A stretch of 64,000 bases of DNA from contig NC_090379.1 of the NCBI RefSeq assembly GCF_036365525.1, forward strand, positions 110,213,350-110,277,349, written 5' to 3'. A model generated the notes under the pieces. That model saw only the letters and a list, made by a program, of their open reading frames with translations. It was not told where the DNA came from and did no database searches. Origin of the DNA: Heterodontus francisci. Lineage: Eukaryota. Numbering within the stretch: the first letter of the stretch is position 1; every line of letters starts with the position of its first letter. A program made the translations under genes and the position numbers. This document shows positions 1-10,633 of this stretch, piece by piece.

Positions 1-425
1 CCTTCCATTGCCTCTATTCTATCTGCATCTACAACCTTTTTTCAGATTCCTTTTCCTTAATTATTCCAGCCTTGCCCTGTGCCTCTAAACATATATTACC
101 CTCTTTGTCCCTAATAGGCCCCAATCCACATCTTAGTATTCGCTTACTATTTACATGTTGGTAGACGATTTGTGGGTTTCCTTTTATGTTAACTGCCATT
201 CTACTTTCATATTCTCTTTTTGCCAGTATTATTTACCTTGTCACCTTCCCTCTCAACTTATTCGACTTGGCCTGGTTCTCTACCTGAAGAATTCACCTGA
301 CTTGCATCATACATCTTTTTTTGTTTCATCATAATCTCGAACTCCCACGTCATCGAAGGAGCCCTGTTTTTGCTTCCGCTACCTTCTGCCCTTGTTGGAA
401 ATGGACCTCACCTGTACCTGAAGCA
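1..425 (-). mobile_element. Decayed CR1-clade LINE ORF2 fragment
   Basis: Minus strand reads NIKGNPQIVYQHVNSKR, resembling the CR1 KxNPKxFYxY linker; stops present. Confidence 0.55.
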
Positions 426-480
426 TCTCTTCCTTAAATATATTACATTTTTAAAATATTTTTTATTTTTTGAGGACTTG

Positions 481-1391
481 TGTTACAACTACAAATATTC
501 TATGGATGTATTTTTTTTAACCAAGTTCACTTGAGATGTTGTTTGAAAACCACCTGTGCTGGAACCCACCTGTGATTTGGGCATAGGAAACATCAGAACC
601 CTTTGGGACTCGAGGAAAAATGGTTACAGAGAAGACACATGTCAAGGTTTATGGAGGTCAGGAGGTCGACTCTCTGTTTGGGGTTTGGACATTGTTTTCA
701 GTTTAGTTGGAGTGTGAACTGTTTGAAGACAGTTTGTGCTTTCCTGCCAAGGAAAAGGAAACCACCCAGCTCACCTCCTCATCTAACTCTTGAAGAAATC
801 CTGCAAAAATCCAGTGTGGGAGAATTAAAATCCCTGGTGCTCTATAGCTCCTGAGAACCTGAGAAAAATCCAGATATTCAAGTGTGCGCTGGCAGAAAAA
901 CCCTGATTCCACATTTCTCCTGGAAAAATTATTAGAATAATTCTCAACATCTCCAGAACGGACTGCCTCTGAAATGCTTCCTGTGACCATCAGTCCAAAA
1001 AAGGGGCAACTGACTTCCTTGCATATCTGCTTTCTTTTGGTCAAGAATTTGGTCAAAGTGGTCTTTTTGCCACAGACCTCTGCAGCGAGAATTTCTGCAT
1101 GTTTCCAGTGTGTGTGTGTGTGTGTGTGTGTGTGAGTGTAATTGAGGAATTTACAAAGGGAACTTTCATATTTCAATCTGTGTGTTAATGCTTTGCTTCA
1201 TTCCAAATTAAAACATGTTTTATGGCATTTTTTTAATGAAAGAAATCTGGTTGGTGTACTTTAATCTGGGATTAAAAAAAAGGAGTGTGTGATTGGCTGT
1301 ACCGGTAACTGGGTAAATATTTGGATATATGTTGTGACCTGTGCAGAAGTGGAACTGGAACAGTACTCCTCCCACCTCAATCAAAAAAACA
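481..1391 (+). mobile_element. Putative solo LTR splitting a CR1 remnant
   Basis: Begins TGTTACAAC, ends ...AACA, has an internal (TG)n, non-coding, CR1 sequence on both sides. Confidence 0.4.
1108..1134. repeat. (TG)n microsatellite
   Basis: Direct read. Confidence 0.95.
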
Positions 1392-1790
1392 ATAACTCAT
1401 TGTTCTGCTGCAGTTTTGCCTGGCAGTCTTTGATTCCATTTTATGCTGGCTAGATGCCTTCTCATCGCAATGAAATTAGCTCTCTTCCAATCTAGACATT
1501 CTACCTATGAAATTCCTTGCTTTTCTGCATTACAACTCTAAACCGTAACTCTAAACGATGATCACTGTTACCCAAGTGCTCCCTCACCGACACTTGGTCC
1601 ACTTGGCCCACCTCATTTCCCAGCACCAGGCCCAACAATGCCTCCTTTCTAGTGGAGCTAAGAAGCTACTGATCAAGGAAGTTCTCCTGAACACAATCCA
1701 GAAACTCCTCCCCTCCTTTCCCTTTACTCTAAAATTATCCCAATCGATATTTGGGTAATTGCATATATCACCATTATTAATATCTATTAT
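1392..1790 (-). mobile_element. CR1 endonuclease-domain remnant
   Basis: Minus strand QENFLDQ*..STRKEALLGLVLGNE...EHLGNSDH (APE-like SDH motif). Confidence 0.65.
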
Positions 1791-2846
1791 TCTATGGAAT
1801 GATCATCCATCATAAATTTATCAAAGCCTGACCATGCCTGGTACTTAATAGATCATCGTTTTACATTTTATGCATAAAGCTTAATAGAAGCTCCAAACCT
1901 TCCTCAATGTCCAACTGACAGGCCTTTAGCTCACAAGCCACTTGACACCAGATCGTGCTTTTGTCAGTCGGGGCAGTGCCAAGTTGATACCTTGTTTTTT
2001 CTTCAGTATGGACCTAACCCATGTCAACATATCTACTTCGTTTTTCTATTGGTCATTACATTCAGATTCAGAGAGCATCAGTGGGAAATCATACTGACAC
2101 TTTACATTTGGTTTCAGCCATTCATTTCAAGAGTGATTCAGCTGACAACCTTCCCTCTGAATAAAAACTCTTAGTTTCCAATGAACACCTTTAGAGAATC
2201 ATCCTCTTCCATCACGTTAAATAGATCCAAGTCAACAGTGAAGATTGAAACTAGATGTAAACAATTTTTCTTGATGCCCTGTTTATTCATAGGATACAGA
2301 ATTACACAACTCTACCTCTGTACACCAACAGCACTTGTATCAAGCAGGCTCTCTTGATATTTACTTTAAATCCTTAATTGAACAATGCCTGTCAGCTCTT
2401 TACCTTTAACAACATAATTAACCAAGAACACGCCAGAGGAGATGAGGTTAGTGATGATCTGGGAAACAAAGTAGATGCAGTGATCTGCTGCAGAATGTTG
2501 TGGAGAGTGAACAGATGAAGAAGCACTGCAACCAGAGTCAGTGATAGAAAGGTAGCTCTGCTTCTAGGTGATCTGCTTTAATCATTTAAATAATTTAACA
2601 ATTGCAGTGAATGGATATTTGACTGCATTCTTCAGCTGCTCTCTGAATTTAGTCTGGGTCACATAAATACAGGTGTTGGTGCAGGTGCTCAAAATCTGCA
2701 GCATGTAGCCAGATTGTTCAGTGATATATACAGGATCATGGGGACGTGTGTAATATAAAATGTCAGCAATTCGACAATAAAGAAAATGTAGAACATTTGT
2801 CATCCATAACAATATAAAACTTTCAGATATAGTGAACATTAAAATG

Positions 2847-3839
2847 TTATAAAATTATACAGATGATTTGGAGTTGGGGACCACGTGTAGGGTGTCAAAG
2901 TTTGCAGATGACACTAAGATGAGTGGCAGGGCAAAGTGTGCAGGTGACTGTGAAACTTTGCAGAGGAACATAGATACATTGAGTGAGTGGGCAAAGGTCT
3001 GGCAGATGGAATACAATGTTAATAAATGTGAAGTCATTCATTTTGGTAGGAATAACAGTAAAAAGGATTATTACTTGAATGGTAAAAAGTTGCAGCAAGC
3101 TGCTATGCAGAGGGACCTGGGTGTCCTTGTGCATGAATCGCAGAAGGTTGGTCTGCAGGTACAGCAAGTAATTAGGAAGGCAAATGGAATTTTGTCCTTC
3201 ATTGCTAAAGGGATTGAGTTTAAAAGCAGAGAGGTTATGTTGCAGCTGTATAAGGTACTGGTGAGGCCGCACCTGGAGTACTGTGTGCAGTTTTGGTCTC
3301 CTTACTTGAGAAAGGATGTACTGGCACTGGAGAGGGTGCAGAGGAGGTTCACTAGGTTGATTCCGGAGTTGAGGGGGTTGGCTTATGAGGAGATACTGAG
3401 TAGATTGGGATTATATTCATTGGAATTCAGAAGAATGAGGGGTGATCTTATAAAAACATATAAAATTATGAAGGGAATAGATAAGATACAAGTAGAGAGG
3501 CTGTTTCCACTGGCAGGTGAAGCTAGGACAAGAGGGCATAGCCTCAAGATTAGAGTGAGCAGATTTAGGACTGAATTAAGAAGGAACTTCTTCACCCAGA
3601 GGGTTGTTAATCTATGGAATTCCTTGCCCAGTGAAGTAGTTGACGCTTCTTCAGTAAACGTTTTTAAAGCTAAGGTAGATATCTTTTTGAACAATAAAGG
3701 AAATAAGGGATACGGTGAGAATGCGGGTAAGTGGATCTGAGTCCATGAAAAGATCAGCCATGATCTTATTGAATGGCGGAGCAGGCTCGAGGGGCCAGAC
3801 GGCCTACTCCTGCTCCTAGTTCTTATGATCTTATGATCT
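2847..3839 (+). mobile_element. 5'-truncated CR1/HER1-like LINE inserted in GPCR exon 2
   Basis: RT C-terminus (KFADDTK, LVRPHLEYCVQFWSP, RRMRGDLI, FTQRVVNLWNSLP), 3' UTR and terminal CTTATGAT repeats; absent from paralogs B and C. Confidence 0.95.
2868..3740 (+). CDS. Uninterrupted partial CR1 ORF2 reverse transcriptase (C-terminal 290 aa)
   Basis: ORF track; FADD catalytic motif; no stops. Confidence 0.75.
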   Translation: MELGTTCRVSKFADDTKMSGRAKCAGDCETLQRNIDTLSEWAKVWQMEYNVNKCEVIHFGRNNSKKDYYLNGKKLQQAAMQRDLGVLVHESQKVGLQVQQVIRKANGILSFIAKGIEFKSREVMLQLYKVLVRPHLEYCVQFWSPYLRKDVLALERVQRRFTRLIPELRGLAYEEILSRLGLYSLEFRRMRGDLIKTYKIMKGIDKIQVERLFPLAGEARTRGHSLKIRVSRFRTELRRNFFTQRVVNLWNSLPSEVVDASSVNVFKAKVDIFLNNKGNKGYGENAGKWI

Positions 3840-4519
3840 TCTCTGGGTCAGTGTGATTCTCACTCTTTCTGTGATCCAGTAGTTTCCTGCGGACTCTGTT
3901 GCCCACTAAAATGTGTCTGACAGTCAGTGCATTGAGCAGTAAAATCAGAAGGAATGGAAGGAAAGGGGTTAAAATCATACTGAGGCTTTGAAATGCTACC
4001 CAGGCAGCTTCGGTGTAAAAGCTCAGCGATTCAATTGCCCCCTAGGATACATTGTCAATTATATATTCAGGTTCATATATAAAGTACCAAGGAATATTTT
4101 TGAAGCAGAACAGCACACTCACTGTCGTTGCAATTACAGTCACAGTTTTCTCTGTGCAATATTTTGCTTTCATTTTCTGGCAACAAATTGCAACAAATCG
4201 ATCAAAGGTGAAAGCAACAGTGAACCAGACAGAAATATCTGTGGCTGCAGAAAGCAGGACATGTATGAGAGAACATGCAGGTGTGGTGTCCAGGTAAGTA
4301 CCTGGGAAATGAAAATGAATAAGTGTAAACAATATCACATCAGTGAAAACGACCAGTAGATCTGCCATTGCCATGGCCACCAGGTAGTGGGTGATACATT
4401 TGGAGAGTCCGCACTTTCCTGGTGACAGGATCAGAATGGCCACTGAGTTAACTGAAATAAATGGAACAAAACACAAGATAATTATAGTTGCCATCTCAGA
4501 AAGCATGAAAATTTCATAG

Positions 4520-5690
4520 GAACTGAAGGACTTTAGAAGAGGAGTTGGCCATTCAGCCCATCGAACTTGTTATACCATTCAATTGGATTATGGCTGATCC
4601 ATACCTTAACTTTATTTATCTGCCTCGGTTCCATAAACTTCAATACTCTTGCTATGCATATACTGCCTGCTATGTTTCCTGCATGACAGCAGTGACTATG
4701 CTTCAAAAATTCTCTATTGGCTGTGAAGCGCTTTGTGATATCTAGCTGTTGTGAAAGCTCATATATAAATGCAAGTCATTTACTTCCTTTTTCTTTCTAA
4801 CAACAATCTCATTTTTGAAATTTTGAATGGACCTAGCCATAACAGCTTTTTTGGGGAGAGAGTTCAAGATTTCCACTATTCTTTGTTTGAGATATTGCTT
4901 CCTGAAAGCCGAGCTCCAATTTTAAGGTTATGTCTCCTTCTTCTGGACTCCCCCAACAGAGGGAACGGTTTCTCTCCATCTACCTTATCAAATCCTTTAA
5001 TTATCAGAGGCAATTCAACTGTTGACACTTACTCTTCCATATTCAAGGGAATACAAGCTGGGTCGATGCAACCTGTGCTCATAATTTAATCCTTTCTGCA
5101 TCGATACCAGTATTGTGAAACTGCGCCTCACCTCCTCCAAGACGAATATATCCTTCCTGAGGTGAGGAGCCCAGAACAGAATGCAGTTACTTTAAATGGG
5201 GTCTAACCAGAGTCTCTACAGCTGTAGCCTAACTTCCACGCCTTTGTATTCCAGCCAACCTTGAAAAAAAGGATAACATTCCATTCGACACTTCAATGAT
5301 TTTTTTAAATATATGTATCAACGAGCTTTGAATGATTTCTGTATTTGAACGCAAAAGCTCTCATGTCTCATCCACAGTTCCTAACTTGTCCTGATTTAGA
5401 AAAACTTTGATCTATCCTTCTTCGGTCCAAATTAGATGACCTCACAATTTCCTGTGCTCATTTCCATCTGCCACAGTTTTGCTCACTCACTTAATTAACT
5501 GATGTCCCTTTGCAACTTTCAGCTCCCATCTAACTTTCTGTCATCAGCAACTTAGATACGTGACTCTCTGTTCCATCATCCAAGTTATTAATTGATACAT
5601 TGAAGAACTGAGACTCCCTTATGTATGACATTAGTTACTGTCTCAAAAAATTCAATGAGGTTAGACATGATTGTCCATTTACAAATCTAG
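4520..5690 (-). mobile_element. Old CR1 3' remnant in the GPCR intron, homologous in the introns of B and C
   Basis: Reverse complement of CR1 3' UTR and RT C-terminus; same position in all paralog introns. Confidence 0.7.
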
Positions 5691-6977
5691 TTACAGATAG
5701 GGATCCCAGTGAGCAAAGGAGTTACATATAATAATCTGAGAGGCAAAAAATTCCCGCTATTGATAACATGGAAAAGGCAAATATAGCTAGGGATTTAAGA
5801 GAGCATAGGACTTATGGACTTGGATCCCAAAAGCAATACATGTTTGTGAAAAATGTAATGGAATTGAAAAAAGAGACTTGCTTTTAGTAGCACCGTTCAT
5901 GGCCTCGCCCTTCCCCCACCATCTCCCGCGTCCCACCCCCCCGCCCCGCCCAAAGTGATTTACATCCAACGAAGTGCATTTTCCTTTGAAATGTAGTCAC
6001 TGTTATAATGTAGGAAATGCAGCAGCCAATTTGCACACAGCAAACCCCCATAAACATCAATGTGATAATAACAATGAATGCTTCACCATATAGATCATTT
6101 GTAAATTTTTCATTATTTTGTTCCGGAGATATTGTTTTGGAAATTGGTAAAGAAAGGATAGCATGAATCCGAGCAAGTAGCAGACAGGAAGAATCAGGGA
6201 AAGAGAAAACGAGGGCACAATGTTTAGTGAAGAAGATGAATTTCAGAATTAAATCAGATTTTGCTGTTGTAACAGAGTTGAAAGTGTGTGAGCAGAGCAG
6301 GAAGATGAGGAGATGGAAGAAAAGCTGATGGTTGATGAACTTGGGTTTCAAAATTGGACAGTTCCTGACAGTTGAAGAGACACAACCCTGGTGGTCCAGT
6401 TATTTATAGGATAGGGACAGTCTACCTGCTCAAAATATTTCTTCCATAGTATTGAGTGGAATATATCTGGTTAAAAGTCTTTGGTATGGTGTAATTTGCT
6501 GCACCAAGCCTATTTCCTCTTGTCACCATTTATGGTCACACTTTCACACCGACATTTAGTATTGGATCTTCTGATGTAAACATTCTGAATGACATTTCCC
6601 TATGTAATCAGTTACATTTTACGGTTTGTTGATGAAGCAATTGAATGACTCAAAATGGTTTTTGAACAATGTCTGGAATTTATTCTAATAACTGAAATTT
6701 GTAAACACTAAAATATGGTTTTGAACAGAATTTGAAAATTCAAAAAGGATACATTTCAAAATAATATAATTAAATTTACATTGCAAAAGGTATTTGTTTA
6801 CATTAAATTGTTAAGTAGCTTACCAAGAACTCCAACAACTGCAAGAAATGGATAGTAAATGTCTTCTATCTGGTGGAATATTGTTGGTTCACGCATTTTC
6901 TGTGAGATGTGATAGCTTTTGTCGATGCTGGAGGCAATAGCTCTGCCTAATTGCACAATGCATCCAGAGGAACCTTG

Positions 6978-7022
6978 TATTTATACAGAAGGGAAATCTC
7001 TAGTGACATGCCTGTTGCATCA
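6978..7022 (-). promoter_or_regulatory. Paralog A promoter: TATAAATA (6978-6985), kB-like GGGAAATCTC (6991-7000), C/EBP-ATF TGATGCAAC (7014-7022)
   Basis: Motifs ~80-125 nt upstream of the ATG; conserved with identical spacing in B and C. Confidence 0.65.
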
Positions 7023-7603
7023 TCATTACTATTAATTACAATTAATTGAACAAACAAGTAGAATCAATCATGTGAAAACTTATATACGCATCATGGAATA
7101 AAATGTATTTAACTAGAGCTTACACAGACTTACAGTAAGATATTCCATTGAAAATATAATTGCATGTGAGCCTCCCAGAGGAAAATTATTGATCTATTAA
7201 GCATAGGTAGTTTCATCGATGGTATTGAAATTTTCTGTGGACCGTACCCTCTCAAATCAATATAAAATGTCTGTAATATTTGGACAATTTGTAATGTATT
7301 TTCTTGTGTATTTGATACCAAAAGAGTTGAAAAAAATAATTTCTCTGCTTTGCAAATCAAGGAACTTCAGTATTAAAAAAATTAAACTTCTTGAAAACCA
7401 GATTTACTATTACAATAAGTAATCATAAAGGGCTTATAAATTATAGATGGTGCTACCTGTGAACACTTGTGTGTTGGAACAACAACCTGTATTTCTAAAC
7501 CACCTGTAACATAGAACAATGTCCCAACGTGCCTTACAGAGACATAATGAAGATGGCACTGAGCAAAAGAATGAGAGATGAGGAAGGATGACCAAAGCTT
7601 CAC

Positions 7604-7902
7604 CATTTCAAAAACAGGGGGCATAGATTTAAGGTAAGGGGCAGGAGATTTAGAGGGGATTTGAGGATTTTTTCTTTTCCCAGAGGGTGGTTGGAATCTG
7701 GAACACACTGCCTGAAGGGGTGGTAGAGGCAGGAACTCTCACAATATTTAAGAAGTATTTAGATGAGCACTTGAAACGCGATAACATACAAGGCTACGGG
7801 CCAAGTGTTGGAAAATGGGATTAGATTAGATAGGCGCTTGATGGCCATGACGGACATGATGGACAGAAGGGCCTGTTTCTGTGCTGTATAATATTGACTC
7901 GA
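7604..7902 (+). mobile_element. Short CR1/HER1 3' fragment
   Basis: GGCATAGATTTAAGGTAAGGGG...GGGCCTGTTTCTGTGCTGTA tail; empty site visible at the homologous position near 62120. Confidence 0.75.
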
Positions 7903-8489
7903 TGAAAGAGATGGGTTTTAAAGAGGGTCAATGCCTTTGTCACTTACAGATTCAGCCAGGTTACCATCATCCACATTCTACGAACTTCAGCTTATCTGAA
8001 AATCTACAGTCCAACTGTAAGCCCATACTAGTCCTTTGCACTAAATATCCCTGTCCCTGTTGACCCACATTGGTCTCTGTTCCTTCCAAGAATGAAATTT
8101 AAAATGATCACCCATGTTTAAATTCCTTTGCAGCATCACCTGTCCCTATTGCTGTAACTCCACACCTTCTACCCCAGCCCAGAATTGTGTTTTTCTCTGA
8201 CTCTGGTCTTTTGTGCACCTCTCCCTCCATCTGACCCACTTTCATGACCAAGCCTTCACACTCTGGAATTCCCTCCCTTATCCCCTCTGCCTCTTTATCT
8301 CCCTCTCCTTTTTCAGTCCCCCCATAAAACCCACCTCTTTGACCGAGTTTTTGGTCGCCCTTCTTAATATCTCTTTTAATCCAATGCCTTTGTTTGCATG
8401 ATTATTCCCCTGAAAAGCTATTTGTGATGTTTTTCTATGTTAAAGGTGCCATGTAAATGCAAGTTGCTGCAGTTGTTCTATTAGTGTCC

Positions 8490-8900
8490 GCCTTGTCTCA
8501 CTAGTGGCACTGATGTTTCTCAGTCTTCATGGTGTTAAGTTGAAGTCCCACTTCAGGACTGAAGTAAAAAACTCATTGATGATAATTCGGTGTAGTACTG
8601 AAGGAGTGCTGCATTGCCGGTGGTGCTGTCTTTCAGTTAAGACGAGAGACTGAGACCGAGTCAGTCTTCCCAGATATACATAGAAGAGACCAGGGCATTT
8701 TTTTCAAAAAGAACAGGGCCGGTAAAAGAAAGCACTTGCATTTATGCAATGGTTTTCACGACCTCAGGACATTCCAAAGTAATTTTCATTGAATTAGGTT
8801 ACTTTTCTCTAAGTTCTCCTGGTTTCCTGGACATTATTTATCACTCAACCAACAACATGGAAAACTGATTATCTGGCATCATTAATTTGATGGTGAGCTT
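8490..8900. mobile_element. Decayed DeuSINE-like SINE fragments
   Basis: GTGTAGTACTGAAGGAGTGCTGCATTG...GGTGCTGTCTTTCAG resembles the Deu core as recalled. Confidence 0.4.
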
Positions 8901-9916
8901 GTCTCTTGGCCAATTAAGGGGGCATCCCTGTGAAAATCATATTGACTGCCCTTCACTTCCATCTCCCCCCAACCCCGGGACTGGTTTGGCACCTGGAAAC
9001 ACTCCTGACATCGTCACGGCCACCCCGCCGCTCGGCAACAGGACCTCCACTTCAGTATGTAAACTATGTGGGAAATGCATGGAAAGGTAATGTAATTGAT
9101 TTTTGTGAAACGTTCACTTACCTTTCCAGGCAAAGAACAGCCCCAACTCAAACGTAAAATTCCTTTTTTACAGGAGAGACAAGCATTCCTTCCTGGGAGA
9201 GTTCATTTCCTTGTCTGCAAACCCAAATCTCCAACATCAACTGGCTTTTAGCTGCTCCTGTGGTCTTCTTCACTGCAAAATTGAAACTGACATCTTGTTA
9301 ACAGAAGTCATAAGACTGTCATAAATTCTTCCTGTTGCTTTGATACAAGTTTACAGCCTGCACCTCAAACACAAAATGTCAACATTCAAGGCTCACTATT
9401 GACAGAATGTCCTTTTTTTTCAGTTAGAGGCACACAGACCTCTTAGTGTAAAAAACAAAATTCTTAGGACAACGTCGATGCTGACCTTTTGAGAAAGGCA
9501 GCTGCCGATATATGAGAAGTGTTCAACCACTTCTAAAGTCTTCCCTTCAATATCAATAGCTGGAGCTTTAAATTCTTGTCTAGGGAAGGGCTGGTGTCTT
9601 GCTCATGTTTAGTTGAGAGATCAAACATTTGTATGCAGAGCTCGAGGTTGGCTTGAATGTCACTTGCAATGTGGGCCACAACTGTGCAGTCATCGACATA
9701 TTGTAAATAGTGGATATGCTGGAGGGTCAACTTAATCTTGGTTGTCAGTTGTTGAGCTTCTCATCAAGTCGAAACTGTGTCGTCACCCCTTGTGCAAGTT
9801 AGCCATAAATTAGTTCCATGAAGAGAGTAGGCACAATCGCACAACCTTGCTTGACGCCCGTCCAGGTACGAATGGGCTCAGCCTGCAAATCATTGCAAAG
9901 TTTGCTGTCATACCAT

Positions 9917-10268
9917 TGGCGCAGTGGTTAGCACCGCAGCCTCACAGCTCCAGGGACCCGGGTTCGATTCTGGGTACTGCCTGTGCGGAGTTTGCAAGTT
10001 CTCCCTGTGTCTGCGTGGGTTTCCTCCGGGTGCTCCGGTTTCCTCCCACATGCCAAAGACTTGCAGGTTGATAGGTTAATTGGCCATTATAAATTGCCCC
10101 TAGTATGGGTAGATGGTAGGGAAATATATAGGGACAGGTGGGATGTGATAGGAATATGGGATTAGTGTAGGATTAGTATAAATGGGTGGTTGATGGTCGG
10201 CACAGACTCGGTGGGCCGAAGGGCCTGTTTCAGTGCTGTATCTCTAAAACTAAAACTAAAAACTAAAC
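9917..10268 (+). mobile_element. tRNA-derived HE1-like V-SINE
   Basis: A box TGGCGCAGTGG, B box GGTTCGATTC, V-domain GGTTTCCTCCGGGTGCTCCGGTTTCCTCCCAC, LINE-like tail with (CTAAAA)n. Confidence 0.9.
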
Positions 10269-10321
10269 GATGATGCAGAAGTCATGCAAGTCTCTGGAAA
10301 ACTTTCCAAAGGGCTTTGCAA

Positions 10322-10633
10322 TTTTTTTTTATTTAGAGATACAGCACTGAAACAGGCCCTTCAGCCCACCGAGTCTGTGCCGCCCAACAACCACCCATTT
10401 ATACTAACCCTACAGTAATCCCATATTCCCTACCACCTACCTACACTAGGGGCAATTTACAATGACCAATTTACCTATCACCTGCAAGTCTTTGGCTGTG
10501 GGAGGAAACCGGAGCACCCGGCGAAAACCCACGTGGTCACAGGGAGAACTTGCAAACTCCGTACAGGCAGGATCCAAAATTGGATCCAGGTCGCTAGAGC
10601 TGTGAGGCTGTGGTGCTAACCACTGTGCCGCCC
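10322..10633 (-). mobile_element. HE1-like V-SINE, inverted relative to its neighbour
   Basis: Reverse complement of the same family. Confidence 0.9.

Larger units (their letters stand above)
2582..6896 (-). pseudogene. GPR139-like: GPR139/GPR142-like GPCR paralog A, disrupted (exon 1 6824-6896; exon 2 4451-3840 and 2846-2582)
   Basis: Exon 1 MREPTIFHQIEDIYYPFLAVVGVL with G|GTAAGC donor; TTTCAG acceptor at 4452; DRF motif; TAG at 4042-4044 where paralogs have TGG; CR1 insertion in exon 2; one-codon deletion after TM7 (IYVTQ). Confidence 0.9.

Noticed and set aside
3988-4359. Plus-strand ORFs opposite the GPCR exons (also 20491, 39213, 56982)
   Set aside because: Antisense shadows of the coding frame
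5884-6351. 155-aa intronic ORF
   Set aside because: Spans decayed repeats; frame not kept in the B or C introns
9917-9975. tRNA gene
   Set aside because: tRNA-like head continues into a V-domain and LINE tail, so it is a SINE; same for the other copies
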